A stretch of 64,000 bases of DNA from positions 25,367,788 through 25,431,787 of the forward strand of contig NC_057724.1 in assembly GCF_004010195.1 (NCBI RefSeq). The letters are read 5' to 3'. Shown piece after piece: positions 25,739 to 38,929 of this stretch. The notes beneath the pieces are model-generated. The model was not told where the DNA came from, did no database searches, and was given only the letters and a program-made list of their open reading frames with translations. The translations under genes and the position numbers were made by a program. The first letter of the stretch is position 1. The number at the start of each line of letters is the position of its first letter. Origin of the DNA: Chiloscyllium plagiosum (Eukaryota).

Positions 25739-26238
25739 TTCCTGCTCTTTGGATGCTGCCTGACCTGCTGTACTTTTCCAGCACCACTCTGATCTAAACT
25801 CTGGTTTCCAGCATCTGCAGTCCTCACTTTTGCCTAAAACAAGTAAGGAGTCAATTCATGGCAAAGCTTATGTACAAGGGAAGATAAACCATAGCATTTC
25901 TTTATGTCAGTCAGAATCAAGAAAGTTCTCCGTAAGCAGGTAGGTAAGGTTAAATCTGAAAGTACACCGCAGCCAAAATTGTTTTCAAATTTCCCAAACC
26001 TGTGAAGTTCACTCCTTTGGTATGCAACTGCATTGTACCACATTACCCTAAGGTATAATGCGAAGCCAATCTGATTTTACACACCAAACACATGCCACAC
26101 CTACACTAAGAAAAGATTTAAGAAGCAATAGGTTGGATGCTAAAGCAAAGAATGATTTTAGAATTTATAATACCTACACAGTGGTGTTCCAATAATTCTT
26201 ACAGTACCAAAACAAATCAATTGAATAATAATTTGCAT

Positions 26239-28625
26239 GGGTCTGAATTAAGTGAAGTTGTGGAAAGTGAAGTTCACCCAATGGCTTTAGTGGATGAAAG
26301 TCTACAAAAATTAGTTCAGCATGCTCTGTTCACCAAAGGGAATTATTGCAAGAATTCTCCAGAAAGCTAGCTGTGGGTATTTTGGATCTTATTGCCTGAA
26401 CCGATTTCTCTGCAGAATAGCATTCGTGCCAGGAATCTCTTTAAAAGAATAATATCAAACACATTTGAAAGCATCAAAGGCGGAATATGTCCCATGGATG
26501 GCACGTTCATACAGGGAACCACAGAAGAAGAATGTGAAGTCGAAGAACAGGGCATGTTAAAAGTTCTCAGACTATGTCACAGATTTATAATCTGAGGTAG
26601 TAACTGACCACAAACCATTGTATCTCTTCTAAATGCAAGTAGGATAGTCAAGACTTTGCCCAAAATACTATGGATCAGATTGAGGCTGATGAAGTCTGAC
26701 CCAATATTGAACTTATGCCCAGGAAATACTAAATAACAGCACACACACTATCTAGGATATTACCAGCTGCAACAAAGAAAACAAACACATCTCATTGAGT
26801 TGAAGCTTACATTTCAGAAGTCACAAAACCCTTATTGGCTACAAAAAGAATGCTGTAAGAAAACCCAGATGCAGAAGCAAGAAAAGCAGAATGCACCAAG
26901 ATGAGGGAATATTGTCTGGAAGGATCACAATGATGTAATAAGAGTTCAGAGAAATAGAAGAGGAACAGCTTCATCAGGAAGCCCAGGACCACCCTCCATG
27001 TGAAAAGGTGGCAGATATGGGACCCACAGGATACACAGGACATAGAGGAGGACCAGAGGATATTGGCCTCAATGCCATTTCCTCTGAATGAATGAGGCGC
27101 AGAGTAGCCAGAGGGTGAGAATGTTCTGGAACACTGTCACAGAATTTTTCCAAGTGATGCACCAGGACATGCGACATGAAGAAATAGCTGGCCATCTTTC
27201 GGCCATAAATGTGACAACCTCACTGAACTCTGATACGTCTGGTTCTCTTTTAGGAGTCACTGAAGACTTGTGTGAGATCTCTCGAAACTCAGCCCACAAA
27301 AGGGTCAAGGTTGTTACTGATGTAGTTTACATAAACTGTTTCATTTTGTTTCCCCATGACGAGATCAGTGCTGCAGACCGGGAGGTAGGTTTTCACAACA
27401 AAGCTGCCTTCCCCAGCTGATGAAGGGCTTTAGACAGTACACCTCTTACACAGAGAAGACCATGTCATACACAACTGAGTTTATCAATAAAAACAACTTT
27501 TACTCCTTTGGCATTCAATTCATCTGTGATCATTAAATTCATCAGTTATCATTGAGAGGTGTGCCCTGGCCACTGTCATGATGTCCTATACCCTTGGAAG
27601 CTCTCATGTTCCTAGTTTGGTTTAATGGTTAAATGCTGAATAAGGATGATTACTGGGAGACCAGGGCTAATGCGACCATTGCTGATGACTTCATTATGCA
27701 ATTCCCCGAATGAGTTCATAAATGTAAAATGCTGCCTATTCTTCATCTCGGACCATGGTAGAGCGGACAGTAAGCTGCTGAAGATTAATTCCAATGCTTG
27801 GATAAGTTTGGAGGGGCATTACTGTACACTTCACACAGAGTGTGTCACATAACCCCAGCATGCTGTGCTCTGCACAACTACAGCAGACAAGAGTGTTGGG
27901 AAAGCAGCCACAGGAGGAAGATGAAGCCATTGAGCAGGATGAACATCACCTTCTGCATGGTAGAGCAGAGAAGTGGCAAGCATAAGTCACATAGGTATTA
28001 ACTGACACCCAATTTCAGTAAATGTGAGCAATGATCACCCTGAGTGTAAACTTATTGGTGGTCAAAAGGCAAATGCCGCTTCTGTTTGTTTGTTTACTTC
28101 GCAAATTAAAATCAAATGTTTGAACTGTTTGAAGGCTAACCAGTATGAGACGGCCCCATATTGAACAAAGATATGAAGCTGGGCCCATTAGCAATGGGGA
28201 AAGAGTTACAGTTACTTAGAAAGGGTTGTAAAATGGGATGAGGCTAAGGATAGGGAAGCTGTGTGGCCTGGATCTTAAACAGCCACAGATAGAAGACTGT
28301 GCACTTGTATGTTTCTGCCATGCCATCTGTGTGACCTGAAAAGTGTTGATTTATGGTTGCTCTCCCACTTGATACACAGTGAAGGGACTCCCAATGTTTG
28401 ACATTTGGGCTTCAAAGGTGGTTTTGATGCCAAGGATCTCAGCAGTGGGGAGTACTTCTGCCTCCTATGATTTGGAGAATATGCTAAGTGGAAACACCAG
28501 CGAGACATGGTGCAATCGTAATGAGGTAAGTTTGGGGAGCCAGGGTGTGAAAACACACGAGGTCTCCTGGAGGGAAATGAAACTCCATGAAGCTCACTAA
28601 TTGAATCCTGGTACAATTCAACCTC
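26239..28625 (+). mobile_element. Internally deleted PIF/Harbinger transposon; boundaries tentative
   Basis: Contains the transposase; candidate ends GGGTCTGAATT (26239) and AATTCAACCTC (about 28625); shared subterminal motif at 28519. Confidence 0.5.
27043..27890 (+). pseudogene. Harbinger (HARBI1-like, DDE_Tnp_4) transposase, disrupted by stops and frameshifts
   Basis: Motifs in order: MNEAQ..RVR; NVTTSLNSDTSGS; DLCEISRNSAHKRVKVVTD; GFHNKAAFP; ALDST; FINKNNFYSFGIQFICDH; PGHCHD; LLGDQG; LMTSL; TMVERT; FQCLDKFGGALLYT; CCALHN. Confidence 0.92.
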
Positions 28626-29829
28626 ATTTGACTGCCATTTAGTGCATTGGATGTACTGGTTAGTTAAAAGAATTTTAAGACACATTGCAAAATTAAGTGA
28701 TGTGAGAACTTCTTGACCAGACTTAATATTGCAACAGTAATGCATTTCTAAATTATGATAAATTGATTGTATCCATGCAATAATACTGACAATTAAAGAG
28801 AAGAAAAGTTTGGTAATTACATTAAATTTGAGAGATTGCTCAAAAGCCTTTTGGGATGTTTGGAGCAACTACATTTATCTGTGGTGACATTTGACAATTC
28901 ATCGAGTCAATATAATGTTTTAATATAAATAATAAAATGGTTCACTTCCCAATTTTGTTTCGTTATCTTGTTAAAAAAATTCGTCACTTTGCCAGTATAC
29001 TGTTCCTCACCTATCGCCTGCGAACTTTGAAGGAAAGTGCTGTTTGATAATAGGGCAGTTAACTCAGCACAGAATGGAGACTGAACATGGCCTTCCAGCT
29101 ATTCACTGAGCTGGCAAGTAAGCTTTCATTTGGCATTTTTATGTGACAATAAATTCAAACTGATAAATGTGACTTGGCATTAATAATGTACAGACAAGCC
29201 AAGTCTTTGTCTTTTCTTCACTGCCAGTGTCCTTTTGTTCTCCCTGTATCCAGTTTACTGTCAGTGGTGTCTTTCCCACTCTGATCCATTCGCCACCTGT
29301 GTACTCAAACTCTACATGATGATTGCTAATGCACTGTATCCACAGTCTAAGTGGATTTCTGGTAGAGTGCACCTATTTGCTAGTGAGTTTGGAAAACATT
29401 AGTGCCTGTTAGCAGTTTAGGGATGTTTCATGATGTTCCAGTTTTGAAAATGCCTAGAAGTTTGATACTAAATGAAGTTGGTCCACTTCACTTATTTTTA
29501 GATAATGGCTTAGAATAATGGCTACAATAAAAAAACAGAAAAGACATTTTTGTGAAGGCAGAAAAAATATTTAATGATGACACTATTTAGCAAGCACAAA
29601 ACAAAATAAGAATAATATATAATAATGGTTTAGCACTATACACAGGGACTGGAGCCAGTCACTGGTGTAATACATTGATCCACATGTTTCTTACATTAGG
29701 TTAACTGGCTAGTAGATAGTATTCGATGGGAGTAAGCACACTGAAAGCACAATGTAATCTTTTTTCCTTATGACTATTTATTATTTCACAGAATATTTTT
29801 GATAGGCAATAAAATCAGTGAGTTTTTTA

Positions 29830-29903
29830 ATCATAGATGATCATTGAATTCCTACTGTGAGGAAATAGGCCATTTAGCCCAACAAGTCCACACCGACCCA
29901 CCA
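29830..29903 (-). mobile_element. HE1 SINE tail fragment
   Basis: GGCCATTTAGCCCAACAAGTCCACACCGACCC. Confidence 0.7.
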
Positions 29904-30549
29904 ACTCTACAATTTGAGCGTTTTGATCCCTCAGATATCAAGCACATGGTTGAGCCAACTAACTTTATTCGACATTTTGACATACAGCTAACTATTGTAC
30001 AAGGCACGCAGTGAATCACAGATGAAAATGTCACTGCTTTAAGAGATGGCATGAATGGCAACTGAAATCACCAGCTATGACTGCATTAATTTTGAGCAAA
30101 GTCATACTTCTGGCTGGGATAGAGTTCCAAAGGAACTAGCAGCTATCAAATCCTTCATGCAAGGCATCACAGCAAACCTTTTGAGACCATATGCATTTTC
30201 AGCAGTAGTCACCATGGAACTGTCTGAAGTGAGATCCCTGACCAATTTATCCATAGTCCTAATCCAAAGGCACAGAGGGTTAATGGAACCACTTGATCTC
30301 TGACTCAGCTGAATGTTATGTCAATGAAATTAAGTTCTTATTCTGGTAAGAACTTTTCTTATATTTTTCTAAGGTATAGAAGCAATTTTAATATGTTCTA
30401 CAAATTAGCTGGGATAAGCACTTGCTGCATCCATCTGTTGCTGATGGAAAGCTCCATTGAGTTATAAGATTAGATATGTTTTAAAATAAAGATGGAAAAT
30501 TGATAGCACAAAAAAAAACTCATTGAATGAATAAAACACATTTTAATGT

Positions 30550-31110
30550 ACTAAAATATCCCAAAGTGCTTCACATGTGAATAACAAATATTTCAATATC
30601 AAATAATTTAAGAGAAAAATAGACCAGATGGAAAAGGGGTAGGATTGAAAAGATCTTCGAAAGATAGAGAAGCAATTTGAGAAAGAATTCCAGAGCTTAC
30701 GTACCTGGTAATTGAAAGCACAGACTACAACTGTAGAACAACCAAGATTAGAGATGTTTCAGGGACCAAAACTGGAGGAAGGCACAGATCTCAAAGTGTT
30801 GTGATAGGTTGCAAGTTAAACAATGGAGGAAATTGGAAACAAGGATGAGAATTGTTATGTCAAGGCATGGGTGGAATAGGAGTCAATGTTGGTCAGTGGG
30901 CACTGGGTTAATGGGTGAAAGGACTTTGATCAAGTTATGAGTAGAGGTAGCAGTGGATTGGAAGCACTCCAGTTTAGAATGTGGAAGATGGGAGGCTGAG
31001 CAGGAAAGCATTGCAGTTGTCAAATCTGTAGATAACAAAATAAACGGATGACGGTTTTCATTGAAAATTGTGTGCAGGGCTGAAGATTGGTTGTGTTAAG
31101 TGACTGATTT
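30550..31110 (-). mobile_element. Old L2 LINE 3' fragment
   Basis: Minus strand RFDNCNAFLLSLPSST resembles the L2 motif RLDYCNALLxGLPxS. Confidence 0.7.
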
Positions 31111-32389
31111 TTACTGAGAGAATGCTGCTTACCACCCAATTTCCCAAACTCTGACAACAGTTTTCAGTCCAGACCATCTTCAAACAGGGTTCCCTGCAGG
31201 CTTGTCCTGAACTAGCTCAGGGTTGGTCTTCTAATTGGTTGGTGTGTGGCAGTCTCAGCAGTGGCAGAAGGCAGTTTTGGTGACTGTGTTAGGGTTGTGA
31301 GGATGATGACAATGATTGTGGATAGATCACTCATCCAGTTACATCCTGGATCTTTTAGATGAGGAGGTATCGGGGAGCCTCAGTGGTGTGAGTTTGCCTC
31401 CAACAGGGTGTTTTACCAGAGCAGCAATGCTTTGTTTATTTCTTGTAACATAAACTGAGGGTGAATATTGTGGTATTGAATAATCCAATAGGCATTAGTA
31501 GAAATAATTCTTCTATACAAATGTTCCATTCCTCAGGCATATAAGTGTCTGAGCTTTTAGTTAGCCATTAGTTTATGATAGAAGAGCATACTTTCATGTT
31601 TCAAGTGATCTGAGGTAAGCTGCAGTATGTAGTCTTTGTACCATCAGGTTACATACTATGATGCAGTGCTGATAAATGTGTGTCTCGTTTAAGGAAGACT
31701 AGCATACTGACACTGAGCCGTAATGCAAGCTAGGTAGCAGGGAAGTTTGGAGATTGGTGGCCACATGGCAGTGATATAGGAGAATATCATTTTATTCAGG
31801 TGTCCCAGTTATGGACAGCAAAGTCCCAAAATAATGTAGCCCGCTTTCTTCCCCTCTTTCAATCAGTTTGTAAGAAAATCGCTTTCTACCTGCCACCCAC
31901 CCGCTCATAATAACCATTTTATTGCATGGGCAGCATAATATTCAAGGTAATTAGCTTCTTATTAATCTAATTTCCTGATTTATTTAAAATAGCATGAGGC
32001 TATTGATTTAAACGTCTGAATGGCTACTGTTTTATGAGCCGAATTTGACATCAACACTTGTTCACAGTAAAAATGAAGTCCATATATAACAAGGCATTTT
32101 GGAGTTTGATCACCTTGAAACTTCATAGGTGTGAAAGGATTGTGTCTGCTTTCAACTAAATATGCTATGAGGATAACCTTTAAATTGCAATTTACTTACT
32201 GCTAGTTCTGCAGTTGTAATTGCAATTAACATGCTTACAAAGGATCAAAGCTCCCCTTAATCTGAGTATTACAGACTGAATCTAATAAAACTCACTTTCA
32301 GATAAGAAAGAACAGGGGTGAGAGCAGTTCCATTCAACTGGAAAGTGGAAGTGAGGTCAACAATGCTAAAGGCTGCCGACAGGTTGAGT

Positions 32390-32980
32390 CGAATTGAATT
32401 GAATTATTGAATTAGCTTTATTGTCAACTTGTACTCAAATGAGTACAGTGAAAGGTTTATAAGTCACCACTTACAGCAATGTCTTAGGTACAAATGTACC
32501 TAGGTACAATCCTTAGTTACAAAATAGAGAAATGAAGAAAAATGTTACGTTACAGCTATACACAGTATGACTAAAGGAAAAAAAAAAATCAAGAAACAAA
32601 GTTTAAGAAGACAAACATCACAGTCTGACTCCAAAGGCTCTTTGCAGCAGACCAATGCATGGTGCCCCCACTTGGTCTGACACTAACTGCTGCCACGGTC
32701 CCTACTGGGAGCCATTATCCTTACTCCCACACCAGGCTGCTTCCATCTGGCCACTACCCCCACTCTGCATTGGACCGCTGATTGCTGACATCCCTTCTCT
32801 GTCCACTAGCATCCCTGCTGATTATTGACCCCACTTCAGAGGCCTTAAGTTGGGGGCTGCAGCTGGGTATCTGAGGTCAAAAGAAGGGAGGAGAGAGGGA
32901 GAAAAACAAAGCAAATGAAAGAACAGGTGGAGGGAGGAGTTCTGCTCGGAGAGTCTACTCTGCAGCCATCCTACTGGAAG
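32390..32980 (-). mobile_element. Non-autonomous retroposon with a Rex1/Babar-like 3' tail
   Basis: Minus strand begins GTAGGATGGCTGCAGAGTAGAC and ends CTTTCACTGTACTC...GACAATAAAG plus (AATTC)n. Confidence 0.55.
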
Positions 32981-33024
32981 TGATGGTTAAGAAGATGAGG
33001 AAAGGTTGTTTATCACTAGGCGAT

Positions 33025-33342
33025 GCTGGGGTGGCATTATCATGACACTATTAATGTAGAGGCCCAGGTAATATTCCGCGGTGCTGGTATTGAATCCTCT
33101 CATGGCAATAACTGAATTTGAATTCAATAGAAACAAAATCTGGAATTAAGAAATTAATGATGACCATTGTCAGGAAAAAAATAATCTGGTTCATGAATGT
33201 TCTTGAGGGAAGGAAACTTCTGATCCTTACGTGGGCTGGCCGACATGCGACTCCAGACCCACAGCAATACAATAACAATTAGGGATGGGCCATAAATGTT
33301 AGCCTAGCCTGCAAGACCCATACTCTGTGAATGAATAAAAAT
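33025..33342 (+). mobile_element. tRNA-derived SINE (second family) sharing its 3' tail with the second LINE family
   Basis: Homologous to 56875-57280; tail TTAGGGATGGGCCATAAATG...GTGAATGAATAAAA. Confidence 0.75.
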
Positions 33343-34630
33343 ACATAGGATATGGATGCCATTTGTGATTGAACTAAGGGCATTTTCAGTGCTTTGCCAT
33401 GGTGAAAAACAGCTCACACATGTTCATCAAGGAGTTACACATCAGATAACTTGTTGACTTCTTTGGCAACAACACTTGAGTGGAAAAGGAGGCCAGAGAT
33501 GGAAATCAGACAGATATACAGTTCTTGAAGTGGAGCTTGAATTTTCTGTAGATGCAAATAGAAACTGCACTGCTGAAGTAGCATTCAATTATTTTTGCAT
33601 TCTGATTTTTGGACCTTGTCACAGAGGTCCTTGTGGAACAACTGTAGGACAGAAAACATTTATGTGATCAATGGGTAACCTGACAATTCAGCTAGTATTT
33701 GTGGAGTGGGTGAACAGAGCAGGTGAATGCCAATATCACAGTTCCTCTGACCCGGTTGCAAGTGCAGAAATTAGTTCTAAAGACCACAGCACATTTTCTA
33801 AGCTTAGAGTCTACTACATGTCTCTTACTCCCTTGACAGCTTTGTCACAGCAGACCTAAGGCCCAGCAGAAGCAATTCTTCACAAGCTTGTTCTCCAACC
33901 AGAATGGGCAGCCTGATGACACTGCCTCCAGTTTAAACTCACATTTATCACTCACCACTGTATTCATAATTATTTCACCCTCTTAAGTCATCTACCAAAC
34001 TGTGAATGTCAATACTTTAGAACTGGCCATGGGACCTAAGGTCATTTCAATGAATATTTCAGCTGACCCTCTTTACGGGAGTGTGTTGAACCACAAATAA
34101 TATTTTTCAAGAAAAGTCACACTTAGTATTTCCAGCTCTGGATCCTACTAATTCTTCCAACTTAGTAAGATCAGGATACCCAGTGCATAAATGTTCCAAC
34201 TGCGTTACTAATAGGCCACTGTCTATTTTGTGGCGTTTTTGTTAATTCCTATTGGTTATTGGGATGGGCTTATTTATTTTATCAAAACCTTTAATCTTGA
34301 AAACCTTTATTAGAATACCTTCTTCAGCTTTTCTCTTCCATAGAAAAGAATTCTAAAGTTTCCAATCTCTCTTCCTAACTGAAGCCTCAACCACTCTAAT
34401 AAAATCTTGGTGAACCTTCTTGGTTGTCAAAGGTCTTTACTTCCTTTCTGCTATCAAGATTTGTCTATGGTGTCCCAGCTGATGCCTAACCTGTGATATA
34501 GAATATTCTTGAATACTCTCTTCAGATTATCAATGGAGGCTTATAACATAAAATCAAAGTATGCAACAATTTCAGAGAGAGTTCAAATGACCCTGGTTGT
34601 ATGTGACTTGAAAAAATATTGAATTTGAAT

Positions 34631-34834
34631 TGTCTGCGTGGGTTTCCTCCGGGTGCTCCGGTTTCCTCCCACAGTCCAAAAGATGTGCAGGTTAGGTGAA
34701 TTGGCCATGCTAAATTGCCCGTAGTGTTAGGTAAGGGGTAAATGTAGGGGTATGGGTGGGTTTTGCTTCGGCGGGTCGGTGTGGACTTGTTGGGCCGAAG
34801 GGCCTGTTTCCACACTGTAATCTAATCTAATCTA
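34631..34834 (+). mobile_element. HE1 SINE, 5'-truncated, young
   Basis: Near-identical to the 3' two thirds of 10083-10401. Confidence 0.92.
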
Positions 34835-35252
34835 AAAAAAAAACACTGCCACAAAGAAAACCTTTTCAGAGCCTTTGCTCTCTCTCTCTCTCCTTTCTCT
34901 GAAACATCTTAAAAGTTTTACAGTTGAAAACATTGCAAAATCTTATCACCACAAGTGGAAGATGCCTAAAGACGAATCACCTCCCTTTTGAAATTCAAAC
35001 TTTCTTGTGACCAGCAGAGGAGTGGGACAAGGAAAGGTATCAGTTCATCTTTCCTAACTTGGGCAGAGTAAGAGATAAGAACATTTTTGGTGTGATCGTT
35101 AGTTTAATTTCCACTAGTATGCTTTCTGTGGATGAGAGGATAGTCAATCCTTTTTTTTCAGATTTTCTGGAATCCATTTTGGAACAGCTATTGGAAACTA
35201 TAGGAGGCCATCTTAAAAAGTCCAGCATCTGTGGTAAATAAAAAAAAAACTA

Positions 35253-35483
35253 GAGATCTGAAATAAAAACAGAAAATGCTGGAGAAACTGAGGAAGTCTG
35301 GCAGCATCTGTAGAGAGAGAGAAAAAAACAGAGTAAATATTTTGAGTTCCGTGAATCTTAATCAAAACTGACTTGTACATGTCTTTTCAAAAGAAGAGTC
35401 GAGGGACTTGCAACATTAACTGTGTTTTTCTCTCTCTAGATATGCTATCAGACATGCTTAGTTTCTCCAGCACTTCCTATTTC
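35253..35483. mobile_element. Degenerate fold-back PLE-type short element (family C)
   Basis: AAATGCTGGAGAAACT...AGTTTCTCCAGCAC inverted arms. Confidence 0.6.
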
Positions 35484-36639
35484 AATGTAAAATAGTCATT
35501 TTCTTGTCGCTTCAAAAAACCATGAACATTATTGAGAGTTTTGGCAGTCGTCCTGTGGTGCTTTAAAGCATATTGTCAGTTTATGATGACAACTGCTGCA
35601 ATAAAAACCCACAAGATCTTGGGGAAAATTTAGCTACAACAAAAAGACAATTAACAGCTGAAAATGTTGCAATGTAATGCAGATTGACATTTGGCTGATT
35701 CTGCACAGGAGTAAAAGGGAAGGACATTTTCAAGAAAGGTGCTGGTGCGAGAGGATGCCTTCTGCTCTGCTTGTTAATAAAGCTCATTGCATGCTTCATA
35801 TACCATAAATTAGTGATTTTACAAAGTTTTTTTTCTGTTAGATGGGTAATTACCAGCTACTCGTCGATGTTCCTATTTGGCAGGACTCCTGTCTTGAAAT
35901 GGTACTGGTTTTAGAGAAATTCATGTGCCACACAATCTGTCTGGTTCCACCTCCACTCAGATTATATTTATATCAATGCCATTATACAGGGCTTTCAACA
36001 GGATGTTTGTGTCAGTCCAACCAGTGCAGTGATACAACTCTTGATGACCAGAATATAGTCATAGTTGGAGATTAGATTGTATTCTTAATGAGAATTATGA
36101 CTGGACATAAAACCTAATAGTGCGTGTCTTTGCACAGTGGAATAAGTAATGTTTAGTAAGATGAAATTTTAGGCATGTTTCCTGGAATATCACAAAAAAA
36201 GGCACCTAAAACACATCCAGCGTAACAGAAAGCACCGATCTTAATGAAAGCAAAGTCATCCAAAACTGCATTTACTGAACAATGTCCATGTTAATGCCTG
36301 TCAAATAAGACAATACTTACATAATCATTTAGGTGCACCCTGAGATAGTATGCATTCTGATTGCTGATTATGAGAAGTTTACTATAAACACAATATTCTA
36401 GATCTAAACCAAAAAGAGAGCGCTGGGGAAACTCAGCAGGTCTAGCTATAGTAGTGGAGAGAGAAACTGAGTTTGTGTTGTCTTCAGAACACAGTTTCTG
36501 TTATGGTAAACAACAATTATTCACATTATTATAAACCAAAGAATCCCCAATAGCTCTGGCTTTTGGAAGGTTGGTACTAGTGGAATTCCAATTGATCTTG
36601 GTACTCTTGAGTGAGGTCTAATCAGTGACTTAAGTAAGT

Positions 36640-37140
36640 GTATCAAAACCTCCCTACTCTTGTACTCTATGCCCTCTATTAATGAAGCCTATAATACTGT
36701 TCGCTTTATTAACAACACTCTCTATATGTCCTGTCGCCTTTCATGACTTATACACATATACACCTCTCTACTTCTGTACACCCTTTTGAAAAGTATCCTT
36801 TGTTTTGTACTGTCTCTCCATGTTCTTTGTCCCAGACTACACTACCTCATACTTCTCTGCATTGAAATTTATCTGTCTCATATTTACCCACTCCACTCGT
36901 GTGTCAATGTCCTTTTGGATTTCCATGCTGTCCACCTCACTGTTTACAATCCTCCCAAATTTTGTGTCTTTTGAAATTGTCCTCTTTCATTGAAAATCAT
37001 TTATGCAAGAAAGCAAAGCTACCAATAATGGCCTCAATGGAACTCCACTACGAACCTTCCTATAACGCTTATAATTCTGTCCTTGACTCCACTGAAATAT
37101 CTTCTTTCTCCAAGTGTATAATGCTCCTCTTAACCAAAAA
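36640..37140 (-). mobile_element. Old CR1 fragment
   Basis: Minus-strand remnants VRSGVPL and TKFGRIVN. Confidence 0.6.
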
Positions 37141-38929
37141 TGCCATCCTTTCTCATTTATCTGAATATCTTGTAACCAGGAATATTGAACACTCAAATCG
37201 TCCCTTCCTTAAGCTATGTCTCCATTACCACCATAACATCAAGGACTCAAACTGACATTACATGATTCCTTTTACATGCCAGTGACAGTCAATTAGCAAA
37301 TGTCAGCCAGTAAGTCAAAAAAAAACTCAATAAATAGCAATTGTACATAAACAAGATGAAAAAATTGGGTTTGTTATCTATAGAAAGATATATTACTTCT
37401 TTTTGATAAATAAGTTAAATGAGTACTATTCCTTACAGTGTTCCAAAAATAATTGCAATTTCAAAGTACAAGAACGTTAACTCAAATCTGTTCATTCTTA
37501 AATTGTGATCAAACAAATTTCCTTCAACTCTACATGCTCTGCTTTTAGATTAGTACAAACAGGGCAGCACACCTCACATCATCAAACATATTATGTATCT
37601 AAAAGAAATGAGTCCTGAACGGTGGTGACAAATATACTTTCATTTGAAAAGTTCAGTCACCTTGACACTGTTGGTTTTCCATTAATGCAGCTGTCTGATG
37701 TTTCCTCTTTCTTTAGTAAGCAGCAATCATTAAGGCTGTTTAAAAGTCAACACATCAAATTATGATATATTTCTTGCATACTGATCAATGAGGATAACCT
37801 TACATCTTGCAGTTCTGACAAACTCCATTCAAAACACAACATTATCAGTTCCTTCTCAGATGTTAACTGATGGTTGTAATATTTTCTATTATTTTTGTTT
37901 GATTTACATTTCTTCTTTCATCTCTGCTTCACATATGCAGTTTTAGGAATGTGAATTTGAGGGCATTTCTGAGTACAACAATGATAAATCAATCTATTTT
38001 CATTTAGTACCTTATTCCAAAATGTACAGTACTCAGGTGGCACAGAAAATGCAATTTCTCCAGTCATTACACATACCTACATTTCTAAGCCTCAAAAAAA
38101 GAACTGTCAAAATAACAAACATTTTCACCATAGCTGGTGCAGCCAAATTGATCTAAGTTCTCAGGAGTCAGAAAATTAGAAGGTAAATCTGACAATCTCA
38201 TTCCACTGTATACAATGTGCAAACCTTCACACTTATGTCCACCAAAGAAAAATGAACAGCCAAGATTTGGTCTGGTGGAAAGTCAACTTTTAAAAGGCTT
38301 GCATGTTGACTGTTGAAATAGATGAAGTAAACATCATCCTTTGTTTTCTTTACTGGCATTTTCTTCCCCACCCCCCCCCCCCCACTCTCCAAAATGTAAA
38401 GAATTGGAATTACACAGTTGCTTAATGCAAATACAATTCTGGAAATCACCATTCTTATAGAAAATTCTATTTATTGCTTAGAGACAATGGAAAAAGGCAC
38501 ACCTACATCTGCCAAATGGTCATAGCCATCTCAACTGGAACCATCTGGGATGCCTGAAGTAGATTGACCGTCACTAATTTATCTTATTGATACTAGTCGA
38601 AGTTACCATTACAAACTGGGAAGGGATGCACATGATTTCATTTTGTCAGAAGAAGGCTCAGTTTTATTTGTTGGTTATTATATGATACTTAATGGTAATT
38701 TCCATTGCATTTGAGCCACATGTCAGTCCCTTGTAAGACTTCAGGCTGTACTAAAGAGTAAATACACATAATTGCTACTGAAAGATTTTAATATACAACT
38801 TTGATAAAACTGAACTCTGGGGGATTCATTGCCAGAAGGGGTGGAAAAGGTCAAGGATGGTAGTGGGGTAGGGAAGTGGGAACAGGATGGCAATGGACAG
38901 AGACCTTCTAGCATATGCAGGAAAGTGGG

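Larger units (their letters stand above)
24788..25835 (-). mobile_element. 5'-truncated Penelope-like element (family A): GIY-YIG C-terminus between inverted pLTRs, 16-bp TSD
   Basis: Arms 24788-24996 and about 25586-25800 are inverted; TSD AAAACTAGGAAGGAGT (24772-24787) vs AAAACAAGTAAGGAGT (25836-25851), 14/16 identical. Confidence 0.9.

Noticed and set aside
26392-26595. Exon-like open frame after CTGCAG
   Set aside because: No homology recognised; it lies within the tentative Harbinger boundaries
28275-28868. 197-aa minus-strand ORF next to the Harbinger transposase, a possible Myb partner
   Set aside because: It starts at TTG, has no Myb/SANT motif and runs across the inferred element end into AT-rich flank; probably a chance ORF
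34985-35245. Good minus-strand splice acceptor followed by a 62-aa ORF
   Set aside because: No recognisable protein, no convincing donor, and it lies beside a PLE remnant
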